Positions 41,050 through 54,200 of a stretch of DNA of 64,000 nucleotides are shown here, piece by piece. A model generated the notes under the pieces. It was given only the letters and a program-made list of their open reading frames with translations, was not told the DNA's origin and did no database searches. The stretch covers positions 8,618,001 to 8,682,000 of the forward strand of contig CM074514.1 in assembly GCA_037379345.1 (NCBI GenBank). Reading direction: 5' to 3'. This DNA is from Perna viridis (lineage: Eukaryota). A program made the translations under genes and the position numbers. The number at the start of each line of letters is the position of its first letter. Positions within the stretch are counted from its first letter, which is position 1.

Positions 41050-41375
41050 AACAACAAGTGCACAAAATGGACGGAATAGTTCATATCACAGAGTAAAAAT
41101 AGGGCATTAATATATTGATATCTCGCGATGTTATGGTGCAAAAGGAGGGATGGCAAAATGTTCGAAATGGCCTAACATGAAAACTACATTTTGAAAATTG
41201 AAATGAGCCTGTATATAATGGTACTTTAATACGTTGAAAGCTTTTAAAAATCATTGATCCGTTCTCTAGTTATCATCTGGAAACCGTCGGTGGACGGACA
41301 GATTGGCGGACGGACACGCATATTTTCGGACGGAATCACATAAAAACACACCACTTCGTTTCGAGAGGTAATTAA
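41050..41375 (+). mobile_element. Possible pearl/CvA-like (Helentron-associated) non-autonomous element
   Basis: aacaag start, gacggac-like microsatellite, short 3' palindrome and A-run; recognised by pattern only. Confidence 0.45.
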
Positions 41376-41979
41376 AAAAAATACTCAAATTAATTGTAAA
41401 AACTTAAAATAAAAGTTAGGTACAATAATGTACATAAGAAACAATTTAAGACAGCACACCATGACAACATGTGTCACTAAAGGTTGAAATGTATAAAAAA
41501 GAAAGTAAAACCAAGCACCTCGTTTAAAAGATAGCTGACACAGTTAAGTTTGTTCTTTGTACTTGTAATTTTCTACATTTCATTCAGGAAATAACACATG
41601 GCACGCAGTTTTTTTTTTTTTTTTTTTTTTCGAACGGCACTAAGTCATCAGTATGTGGCCAATTGGGAAACGGAATTGCTATCAGGTGACCTGCGTTTTC
41701 ATGGAAGAGCGTCTTTAAGGCCAAAAGGTTTAAAAAAAGCGAAACTATACCGACTGCGTCGTAAACAAAGTATGAACTATTAACGATATAAATCAGAATT
41801 TAAGTATAAAAGAGTCATTTTCACACAAAACATACCTTAATCCAAACCAAGGATAATCAAAATCAACAATCAACAAAAGTTATTTTTCAAGTTGTCCATT
41901 TTAACAATGACTTGTGTCCTTTTGAATTTTTGCGTCACAAATATAGTTTCACGCACACAGAGAGGGCAGTTTATTTTGT

Positions 41980-42257
41980 TTATAGAGACACGTCATCATT
42001 CATAGTAGAAAACAAACCACTGTCACTGATAGCTCTTATATAGATATAAAATTTCAGAGTAGATTTTGTCTTCAGTTTTTCAGTTACTGTTACATCAATA
42101 AAATGGTTGGTTGTTTCCTGCCACTGTATGACATCAGCTCCGCCCAGAAATGTTCCTACCGATACTTCATAAACCAAACGTCCAGTGTGTATAAAACAGT
42201 CCTGCCAGTCAACATTTACGACATCACCTGTTCTTGCAATTTTCATCGATGACCCTT
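41980..42257 (-). CDS. Copy B last coding exon (...YEVSVGT..GGADVIQWQET...DDVSL*)
   Basis: CAG acceptor, TAA stop; no TM or GPI-like tail. Confidence 0.85.
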
Positions 42258-45200
42258 CTGAAGAATTACATTTTATTAAGACTGACATAAAACGAGAACA
42301 AATACATTCAAGAAATACCTTCGTAACAACACACTTTAATTAAAAGAAATTATAAACGTTAGAAAAGAATTAAGAAATTAATAATGATTTATGTCAGTAA
42401 ACTTTATAACTGGAATAAACAAGTCAAACACAGACTAGCTCTTATATGAGGTAATCATCATGCCATCTCCGTTAATCATTGCCCATACCCTCTGACTAGA
42501 TTTTGTTTTATCATATCAACAACGAAATGCTCGCTGTATAGTGAATGTAAGGGTGGTACATTTGCATACAAATCTAGGCCTTGTACATCAAAAAAACTTT
42601 ATGAAAGGAAAACAAGATTTCCGAATGGCCTTATTGAGCTTTTCATTATAATTTATAAGGGAAATATATCTTTGCCAAAAGTCTATTCTTCCTTAGCAAT
42701 ACTATCGGGAACAGTTACAAGATTTTGAATGAGAGGTTCGATTATTGAAAATGGAAATTATCATGATAGTTAGTACCGAATGAACTTTGAATACAGAATA
42801 TGAAACAAAATCTAGAAGAAATAAATATGGAGTATCGAATGGTAGCGGCGACCAATGCCCAAATGATTACCTGTACTTGATTTTTATTCACACCATACAT
42901 ATTCATGTATTACTGATCTTTGAATATATCATTTCTACTAACCTTTAACTGAAGGTGAAGATTGGTTAACAGTAATATTAGTATAGACTTGGCTACTTCT
43001 GATGTACATAGAATTGGTTGCAGCAACACTCGCTGTATAAACATCATTTTTCAGCGCTAATCCGTGGAAGGACATGTATGTAACACCTTTATTTATATTT
43101 AAGATGGTATTCCTCAAATGAACGTCTCTGCCATCTAATTTAACCTTCAAATGCAACACAGACTACATTGGTAAAAACGGTAATGAATTCATTGCTATAT
43201 TATTTTATGACATTTAGTATTTCTCATGATAGATATCTTAGACATTGGGCTACAAGTTGAATCCTGTATGTGTTGATTTATGTCGTTCAGTATAATAAAC
43301 TCGTTTGAAGAATAAAAAAAAATTAAATAGTTTTACCTCGACAAGGTATAAAAGTTGCCAGATAATTCAACAATGTTTCAGTTTATTTTTTTTTTTTTTC
43401 GAATTGATTCATAAATGGGAGGTATATGGGTACATACAAGTTATTTTAATGTCGATGCATGAGGGTGCATGGGCGTTATCTCTGTCCACGTAGTATGATA
43501 TATTTATGCACTTTCAATGTTGCATGTCATCTTGAAATGTGAAAATAGCTAGTCTAGTCTTTTATGTTCATTGTTTCCCTTTTAACGTCTTTTTGTGTAA
43601 ATTTGTATTGATAGGAGATGTGGTATAATTGCCAATGAGACCATCATCCACAAAAAGCCTAAGCAACAAACAATAACTTTCTACAGGTTGATTTTCGTCT
43701 TTTATGAATAGTTTCACATCATTTGTTTAAGGGCTGTTTACAGCTTGCTTTGTTGTGTGCGGTTTGCCAATTATTGAAGACAGTGCAATGACCTGTAAAA
43801 GTTTAATTGTTCGATGTTTGCCATTTGGTGAATGACTCATTTTTAACGACAGTATAGTTAATGTAATTGGAATAATTCAATAAAGATGACCTTGCGACCA
43901 AATAGATATGCAGATCAAGACCATTTACCACAAATGACATTATTCCATATTGGTCGGTAAAACCCGTCCATTTCATTCGAATTGTGGCGGCATTTCCTTG
44001 TTCAAAATCTTCCGGATTGTATTCCGTCACAGGAAACGGAATTATAGTTATCTCAGCATTGTCACTAGATGGCGGTTTTTCTGATACAGTTACGCCGTCT
44101 GATGACGCTGTTGTGTATAATCCTCCTTTGTTATGACATATAACGGTAGAATATATAGTTTTCTGTGAAACAGATGCTTTGTCTAAGACAGCAGATGCAG
44201 AACTGAGATCAGTGGTCTGTGTGAAAGATTGAAGCTCATTACCAAGTGGTTGTAGACCTGAAGAGGATTTATGATATAGATTAAATTATTGAATAAGTTT
44301 GAAATTCGTCCTTCCCTTTCCAAGTTATTTCTTTTGATTCTATTTTTTACAAATCTGAACATGACCTCAACAATCATAAAGGAATAAAACTTACCTTTGG
44401 AGACTAACCAGTGACTTTTTACAAATTAGTACTGCATTTTGTTGACGTTAAGATTAAATAACAATGTACCTTAAACATGATGAAAACATGTATAGTTAAG
44501 CGAACAGTAGATATGATTCGATGTAGGCAAACTCTCTATTCTAAATCTTTTTTCTATGACAGCAATTTTTCTACAACCATGACACTCTCTCGTTGCCAAT
44601 ATGCTAAACAATACAAAGAGTTGACCAACTGTTAGTGCACTGTAACTGCCCAGTTGATATTGTAAGAGTCGGTGAGTAGGTAGCCACTCACCCAAGAAAA
44701 TTTACTTGGGCAAATGTAAAGTAAGCAGTCACTACCCTATCATATGGAATAACCTCAGCTCATGTATATTAATCACATTTGTAGAGTTTTGTATGCTTTT
44801 TGAACTTTTCAATTATTCCTATTTAGATATTATTAATTTAATTGTAGTTGACAATGTCTATAGTCATTTTTGTACAAGTCTTACATAGAAAATATATTTT
44901 ACACTTACAAGTATCATAGTCGATTTCAAGTATGAAATGGCAAGTTAAAGAAAGGCAATTAACACTGTTTTCTTAAAATGAACATTAACTTAATGATACA
45001 ATTTAAAGCATCCTGTCTCTGGACCCATTGAATACTGGCATTACATACAAAATATATACATCAGATAGTGTCCTTCAACGTATCTACTTAACTGTTTCAA
45101 ATTCTTATATATTCTTGCATTTTTCCTGTATTAATAATTATGCATGTATACATAGTTCTGATGAAATTTTATGCACATAATCGATATAAAAGTATAATTC

Positions 45201-48200
45201 CAATAAGAATCTTTCACACGAAGCCTTCATTTAAGAGCTGTAAAGCATAGTAATTATTATGTTCATATCAATTTATTTATAATCTCAAATCATATTTTTA
45301 ATCACACTAAATCCTAAAGTATAATGAAAATCATAATAATTAAGACACTTTATCCCGAACTATACAAACCAGTGTAGTTAATCCATAATAAGATAATTTA
45401 CAACTTCACAACTTGACACTTGAAATTTACTTATAATAAGAACTATACACCTTTCATTAAAAGGACATCTTAGTAGGACTATTCCAATTGTATAAAGGAA
45501 GGAATCAGCATTAATTTAGGCTTCATTTTATAATGATGTATAAGACTTCTTTGCAGTGTTTAAAATTAAAGTAAAGATTTTAGAGTACTATTCTAAATCC
45601 CGTTTTTCTATATTGCCTACAAAATAAAAATGAAAAAAATTTTAGTAGCAAGTTTTACCTCACATTACCTAGGAAAATAAGCATAAAACAGGTAGCAGCT
45701 TCAGATTTAAATAACAAGGAGTTCTACAAGTGAGTATTCGTCAAACTAGTCAGTATGAATACTCAAATAGTTTTTCGTCAATCTTTGGTATTTCTTGTTA
45801 AGTAGATTGATGACAAAATAATGTCATTATTGCAAGAAAATCGTTCTAACTAATACTGCCTACAGTTTCACTTACCTATTGACCATTCACAGAAGCTTAT
45901 TCCTGATTCTGGATCCAACAGTTTCCAGTTAACAGCTATAGTGTTACTAGTCTGACCATCTATATCGACACCTGATAATATAAGACATATTCCCATCAGT
46001 CACATGGAAGAAGTTTTTTTTCTCGAAATAATCGTAAGCCAATCATGTTCTTGTTTTTTTAGGTTGGTGTTAAATATTTATGTGTCCAAATTATTACATT
46101 TACTATGTTACATGCATATATAACTACTGAAATTTAAATGCAATTTGGATCAAAAGTATAACAGAGACATATTTAGTATTTAAACTATCCTCCATTATTA
46201 AATTCTCTTCCATTACGTATTCCCTCTATTCAAACCATCTACATTACATCAAATCACATGTCACAACATTACGATCATTTTTATATTCTTATAATTATAT
46301 TGTGTGTTTGAATAGTTATTTGCTGGTTCGGAAGAAATGACCATTTAGTACAACATACCTGTTCCATCATGAACTTCCTCTAGTACTGGTGGTGTTTTGT
46401 CTATGTCTATCGCTGTTGAGTATGCTACATTTCTCAGACCAGCACCGTTGATAGCTACTACTGTTACGTATACTTGTGAAGAATGGACTAATGTCAAGTT
46501 ATAATTGTAGGCAAATGTATTAACGCCAACACTCTTAAAATCCTGTAATTCAGCACTTCCCTCTGTGTTTCCTAAGTAGACAAAAAAGAATATGGTAGTT
46601 TTTTTTGTTAATATTTGTTTATATTTCGAATTCAATAGGTTTCTGTTTTAGTAGACAATAAAAATACTGCCTGCAATAAACCACCGGAAACAAAATATCG
46701 AATAAAAAGGTGTTTCTGTAGGAGAGAATTCACATAATATTTTGTTCTTCTTTTGATTCATATGACAAGGCAAACTTCATATCACCAATACAATACAGAT
46801 CAGATTGATGATTGTATAACCTGTCTTCTGAATGTCAATACCATATAATCAACATGTTAACTTTAATAAAGACGTCCAACACTCGCATGTCTTCAACCAT
46901 TCCGATTTATAATACATTTTACAGGAGGAAATGTCTTAGCTTACCAACGGCCCATAAATATTCCTTAATTGAACTCTCGGGATCCACAAAATGCCAGGAT
47001 GCGTGAATAGAAGACCATCGGTGTAGTTCTACTGTATGGACTTGTATAGCTGTATCATTACCAGTCTTTCCTTCAACTTCTTCGATTCGGATGTCATCAA
47101 CCAGAAAACCCACGTGATTATCTAAACTACTAAATTTGATCAATGAAATATCATGTTCTAATTTTGTGTAAAACACGTGACGATGCCACATTATACCAGA
47201 CTGGTTTGACTTGGTGTACATTTGAAACACGTGTTCCTGTTGACCAAAGCTGACTGATCCTTCTACATTAGAGATCATAGCTTCTTGTATTGGTAGGTGT
47301 GCTGTCACGAACGAAAGTCTATAAATAGATCCGATATTCAGTTGTGTAACATTCTGTTGAATCACGCCTTTTAGAAATATAAAGGACCGTCCTTCATATG
47401 CTGCATTGACGTCAGAACGGATAATGATAGCACATCCCTCTACCGACCATGAAACAGGATGATAACAATTGTCGAATCCACAGATGTTTGTTGATGAAAT
47501 TTCTGTTATGTTCATGAAACATCCGTGAGTATCTTCAAAGGATGGATTGTTTACATAATTGTGGTCCTTATGTACAAAGTTGACGGGTATTGGAGCTGTT
47601 GTGTCTACCTTAACTCTATTTGATGTCATGACATCTGATACGTGACCGACACTATCAGTTGCTTTGATTTTGCTGTATGCGGTTGCTCCTGTATATTAAA
47701 AAAAGTATTACTCCATTTACAATCTTCAGTCTATCAATAATATTATGCCTTCAATACTAATTGGTAAAATATTACTATACTTTGCAGCAATTTTGATATG
47801 CCTTTATTTTCATTAAGATCCCTTAAGATGATAGAAATTTCCAATTTTGATAAATAATAAATTTGTTTGTTTCACATAAATGTACTGACCGTTTTTTAGT
47901 GGCGTGTGTAAATTGAACGAAACAGATGTCTGCATTCCATTATTTTTCCAGGAAATAATGTCACATGTGTCGCCTGTCTTATCAGTACCCATGCACCATG
48001 AGTATTTTACGATGCCAGACTCCATGTCCGTAAACCCGTGCCACCGAGATGCGGTTATATCTGATCTATTTTGGTAATCCATGTCATTTAAACCTGTTGT
48101 TTTGATGAAAAATAATTATTACTTATAGTTCAGTTCGCGTACAATATGAATCACTCATACAATTAATACAATTGATAACTTACACTAAAATTATTGCTTT

Positions 48201-51200
48201 GACAGTTTAAAATTACATTTTCCGACATTTTCAAAACAATAAAAAATGTTAACGTTTCTTTATTTTTTTACCTTCATTCTAATTTTCATTATTTCATATT
48301 TTCTTATGATTTATTATATCATTCAAAAGCTATAATGCTTATCTTTAACCTATTTATCTTACCGATTCCATCATAAACTGAACCATATATAGGCTTATAA
48401 GCATCTACCATTACACCATCAGAAGACGCTGTTGTCTGGAGTCCCGAGTGTGTTTTAGCAACAACGTTACTATCGTAACGCACACTAGGGCTCATGGCAA
48501 GGCGGCTGATGTTTAAAGCTGTTATTGTAGGGTCTATGTTTACATTTACGGTGTGTAAATCTGTACCTTTATAAAGTATATTATACTAAACAAGTATGCA
48601 TGATATCAATGATACATTCCTAAGATGATGCAAATAGTTTGTCTTGATAAGAGAATAAATATTATTTCCAGTAATCCAATACTGTATATATATATATAAG
48701 ACGAACCTGTGTATTTTATTTGTTCCATAATAATTACAAAAAATAATTAACAAAAAACTCTAAATAGCAATGAAGTCATTCTTTGCGTTTATCTTGCAGT
48801 AAATATAACTGTAGTGGGGTTTATGCAAACCTAAGGCTTCATCTTGACATTAAACTGTGCAGAACACAGTCGTAGCATAAACTCATTTTCAGTATTTATC
48901 TAAGGCATTGGACAAGTTTTAACTTTAACTTTTGTTTCATTATTTCTGAGACTTCAAATGACATTTCTTAAAAAACTAGTTACCTTCGGGATAAGTACTT
49001 AGGTACACGTTAAACATTTTTATACTTCCCGGTGATGACACGAACACATTCTTCCAATCAACTGTGTATAAAGATCCTTGTTCGATGAAATCAACATCAG
49101 CCTTCCAGAAGTTTCGAATCTTTTCTGAGACCTTTATGCAAAAATCATCTGACAATATTTAGTTCAAGAAGTAAACGTATTTTCAACAGATTAATAAGAT
49201 TGTTGTAAGATCCTAGTAATTTGACCTTCATTTAAAAGATAAATAAAAGAAAATATGTTTTGAAGGGTAATCAAAAATAACATAATCCAATAAAAATACA
49301 CACACATAACAAAGAACTCACATGAAATAATCAACATAACATGTTCATAGAAACAAAGTAAAAGACCAATCTGGAACCCCACTAACAAAAATTAGAAGAA
49401 TGGCTCCAATATCAATTTCTAAAAATTAATGTATTTTGATAAGTATTTTTTTATGAATCCTAACTGATACAAAGAGTAATCAAGAGAACCAAGGATCGAG
49501 CAAAAAATTAAAAGAAGGTTATCTGAGGAAAAAGATCCCACAAAGAACATGAAGTAACCAAAATGACAAATACCTAGAAACAAAAGCAAATCAGGAACTC
49601 GGACTCAACCAAAAGTTAGAACATGGACGTGCTACACCGGTAGGGTAAGCGTCCTCTGCTTTTCCAGAAACACTCACATAGTTGCTTAAAAATGTCAATT
49701 CTGGGGTAAACAAAAGAGGAAATAAAAAGTATGACATTATGAACAAATCGATTCGCATGGTACAGATGGATACACCGTAACGATCCACGAGTTCATGACG
49801 ACGACCATAAAATTTCTGTATCAACATTACTTTATTGGAGCATAATCCATATTAAATTTAGTAAAATGTCTAGTGATTTTACGTTGCTAAATATGTTTTC
49901 TTATTACAAAGCAATTGCAACGAACATGAAAATTGTAAAAAAAAAATTTGACCTACTGCAGTTCCACGTTGGTCATTCACAAGTATAGAGCGAGATTGAA
50001 CTGTGATGCCATTGGATTTAAATACAGCAAACTTATTACCACTATACCAAACTCTGACAAAGACGGAGTATTTATATAGTTCTTTTAATTCTTGTCCTGC
50101 AAGCAAAGAGTTGATAAAACAGTAATAATCACAAAGTTTCGACCAACATATCGTTTAATAGTTCACTGTGACCAAACCATAGCAGCAACGAAGGTTATAG
50201 GTTTGAGTTTTTCGTATATCATCTTTGCCAATGAATGATTGATAAAAGTCATTGTTTTTTTTATATGAATTGATTTATTACTAGGAAAATCTTGTATGGT
50301 CCTAATTTGTTTTATACACTACAAAGCTTTTCTTTCGAGTCTAAAACGTAAATCCAACCTGGCTTTAAACAAAATATTGCTTCTTCTTTCTGTCCAGAAT
50401 GTCTCCATAGTGGGTCTGTTGATGTATCAATAACACCTTCTGGAGAATCTTGAGAAGACAGACCAACACTCCATTCATACCTTAAATATACCGAGGAAAA
50501 AGGAAGCAGGAGGTTTAGTGGGCTATAGAATCCTGTTTAACATACCATTTCTATCGGAAATGCCTGAACGAAGACAGAACCAATACTGTGGTTTCTGGTT
50601 TCTGGTTTCTGGCCTTAAACCTGATATTGCCATTTTGATAAAGAATTTTCAACTGACTTCTCCATTTGATTATTGTCTAAAGTGTTTTTATCATTCATTT
50701 AATGATTTAAAAAACTGAAAAGCAAAAGTACTTGTTGCAGTTTATCCTTTTATTCCCTAAAATGAAAAAAAATCAAATACCATTGAGGGGATACGCCCTG
50801 TTGTTTTGTGATCTTCCATTTTGCTGCTAGTAAAGAATTGCTAGGTGTAAACTTTACGTCAGACTGAGGTGATCCAGACAGATCTGGAATGTCATCGACA
50901 GTTATCTTTGTGTTCTCTTCTACAATAAATAAGCAAATCTAACTTAACGACATTATGTACATGTCATGACGTACATAAAAATTATAAATATCATAAAAGT
51001 GATATTATTTTTCAAGTTAAAGTTTTATGGATGGGTAATGGTTTTTGGAAAAAGTTATCTTCTCTCGGAATACGTTAGTACGGTGATGGAATATTGCGTG
51101 GGAAACATAAATCACACGGTAGATGACGTTAACGTTAAATCTTTATACGAAAAGCTGACATTGTTTCAATCTCCATTCCGGGTTGCTCATTTGTGATAGT

Positions 51201-54200
51201 TTCTGTGTACGACTTTTTTTACTTATTTATTATTTTTTTATTTTATTTGTGTGTGCCTGTTTTCTCTTTACACTTGGATTATAATCTTCGCTTTCTAATC
51301 GAATCCTGATTCTCTTGGTCCCTTTTCAATTCTAAAACAGCATAATCAAATCTTAAGATATTTATCACAAAGAAAAGTTGACATGACGTCATTTTAAAAC
51401 CAATTGTACTACACATCAAATCGACATACTTAGAAAGTCTTCTATCTTTTATTATTATTTTTATATAAAACACAGGTACTTAGTCATAAATTTACAATCA
51501 CTGACAAGACTGACCTACAGTTACATCCGTACAGGTCTGTCCATTTATATGACAACGTTGGCCTTTTGGAGAACAAACACAATGTCCTAAACAATATAGA
51601 GCATCACATCTTCTGACCAGATCCAAATATCCTCCCGATATTAACCGGAACTGATAATGAATCATGTGGCTTCTCAGGCCGACCTAGAAAGGAGTATATT
51701 ACATATTAGTGTTTTTGTAAGCGTTTATACTTAAGTTTATAACTTACAGGAAAGGTTGTATTGTTTAATTGAATATTTACCTCTTTGAAAAAACATTTTC
51801 TACAAAGAGAGATTTATAATATAGTTTTGTCATTTTTCATATAACTTTTACAAGAGTATATTGCAAAGTGTTTACAAATGTACATTCATAAGTAATGAAT
51901 TATAAAGGCTAGGCTTTAAGATGGAAAATAAATAAATTCTGCAGATATATGTAAACAAATGAACATGTATCACCAAGATTAAGGTATAATTTAATTTTAG
52001 TTGATTCTTAATCTTGACCAAGAAGCATTTTCATGCGTATTCACTGAAGTACATTTCACATTTGAAATCAGCTTGTAAAGCCTACAACTATTATATCTAA
52101 GAGTTGATAATGGTTGTCATTATTTACGTTAAAAACGGAAGTAGAGAATCACCTTAGGATCATGTGTTATGCATAATCAGTTTGTATTATTTGTACTTTT
52201 TGATAGGATAATTATATTTATCAACATATTCATCAAATCTTAAATGTTGTAGAAAAAAAGATGATTATCATGCACACTAAACTTTGTGTTAAATGCTTTT
52301 TATATTGAATTACATTATTCGTTGCCCATACAGTGATGAATACATGTTCGTAATTAACAAGATGCTGCGTTGAAATTACAAAATACTGTAAAGGACCTTC
52401 GTCTGCATACTCTACAGTAGACTCATTATGAGAGAATTCTGCAGGGAGTCCAGGTGTTACAATGAATTAGTATAAACATTTTTTATAATCAAACATTTTG
52501 ATCAGGTACAAACAACATGACTGAATTATAGCTTTTCTGTATTTAACCCAAATTTAATATTTTTGAAAACTATTTACAGATTAATACATCGCTTTTTCAT
52601 ACTGGCCAAGTTCTTGATATTGAATACGAGGGCTTTAGCTAGTAATGAATTATTTACATTTCGTTTGAAAAAAAACACACACCCATAAATGACATGTGGA
52701 TAAAATGAGTCTCTATTCTGTTGATAATTCATATTTCAGATTCTTTTGAAATTTCTCGGTAGTTATAATAGTATCGGTCTCCATTATGACAGCAGATGAT
52801 TAAGTTTGGCAACATATTGTTTTTCCATTATCCTTGCTGTCTTATATCTCGTGCTGAAAAAATGGCAATTTCAACTGACAAACGTTACATAAACCGACTA
52901 TGATGTCACCAATAAAGTGAATAAGTCTCATTTCATTTTTAAAACTTGGGCGGAAGTGACGCAAGTTTTCTGTACTGCTAAAATATCATTGCCCTTGGAA
53001 AGATAGTTTACAGAAAACAATGATTTTATTACATATGCAAAATCTGTGTTATTTAAATAAAATGTGTAAACAACTAGTATTAAAAATTCTAGTTATACGT
53101 TTCGGCGATAACAAGAAGTAATCGAAAAAGGAACAGATATGGTAAAAAAGCAACAAATACACCATCGTACACTCTTTAAAAAAAGTTAATACTAACAGAG
53201 ATTAACAAAACGTCTTTCATAAGTATAAACACACCCACAAGTAAGTTCTGAAAGACCCGGCAACAAAAGTAATAAAATCCAAGGTGAGGACAGGTGCACG
53301 TCTGCGATGGGATTACATTAGTTTTATAATGCCTTAAAAATCCCACTTTAATGTAAGGTCAAAAATGAGCTGAAACAACAAATAAACAGACCAGAAAATT
53401 CACTCAATTATATATCATATTCTCCTTAATCCAACATGCAACATATAAACAAAAGGAGAAACTGCAAGTGTTTTTTATATTTTTGTATCAAACGTGTGCA
53501 ATGGTAAGTCAACGTATTCCTAGGAAATGTGAGTGAGTGTGCTTTGAGTGATAAATAATATTTGTGCATATGAGTGAACGTGTACTGTAGTAGTCTTATA
53601 TTTGTGTAATGAGTTAGTAATCACGATTGTCCTTAGAATTTCTCTAAACTAGTGTGTATATCATATCCTGTTAGAGTCATTTTCCACGTAATGTCCCAGC
53701 AGATAAACAGTATTTTTCTATACCAATGTGTGTATCATACCTTGTTTAAATCATTCCCCATGAACTGACTCCCAACAGATACATAGTATTTGTCTATACC
53801 AGTATGAAGATCAGAAAATCCAACCCAGGATAAGTTCAGTCTATAGTCAGACCAAGTCATCCATCCTTCTGTATGTCTTGTGAGTTCAGCAGCGTGATAA
53901 GTACCAATAGCAAACATACCTTGAAACAAAATGATAAAAAATGCATGTTTTTCTATTAGAATTTTTAACCTGGAAAGTAACGACTTTTAATCCAGATTAC
54001 ATTTGTAACAAATGCAAGTTTTCAACTCTAGCAGGCATAAAAAGACGCTGTAAGACACTGTAATAGAAAATATAAATTTAAACGAATATTCACTATATAT
54101 CCCTTTATATTGTTGTTAGAGGTATATTGTGATATCAACTATCCGATCTTGTTAGTTTTTAAATAGTTTACCTGACGTAGGTGGGGTTGTATCTATCAAT

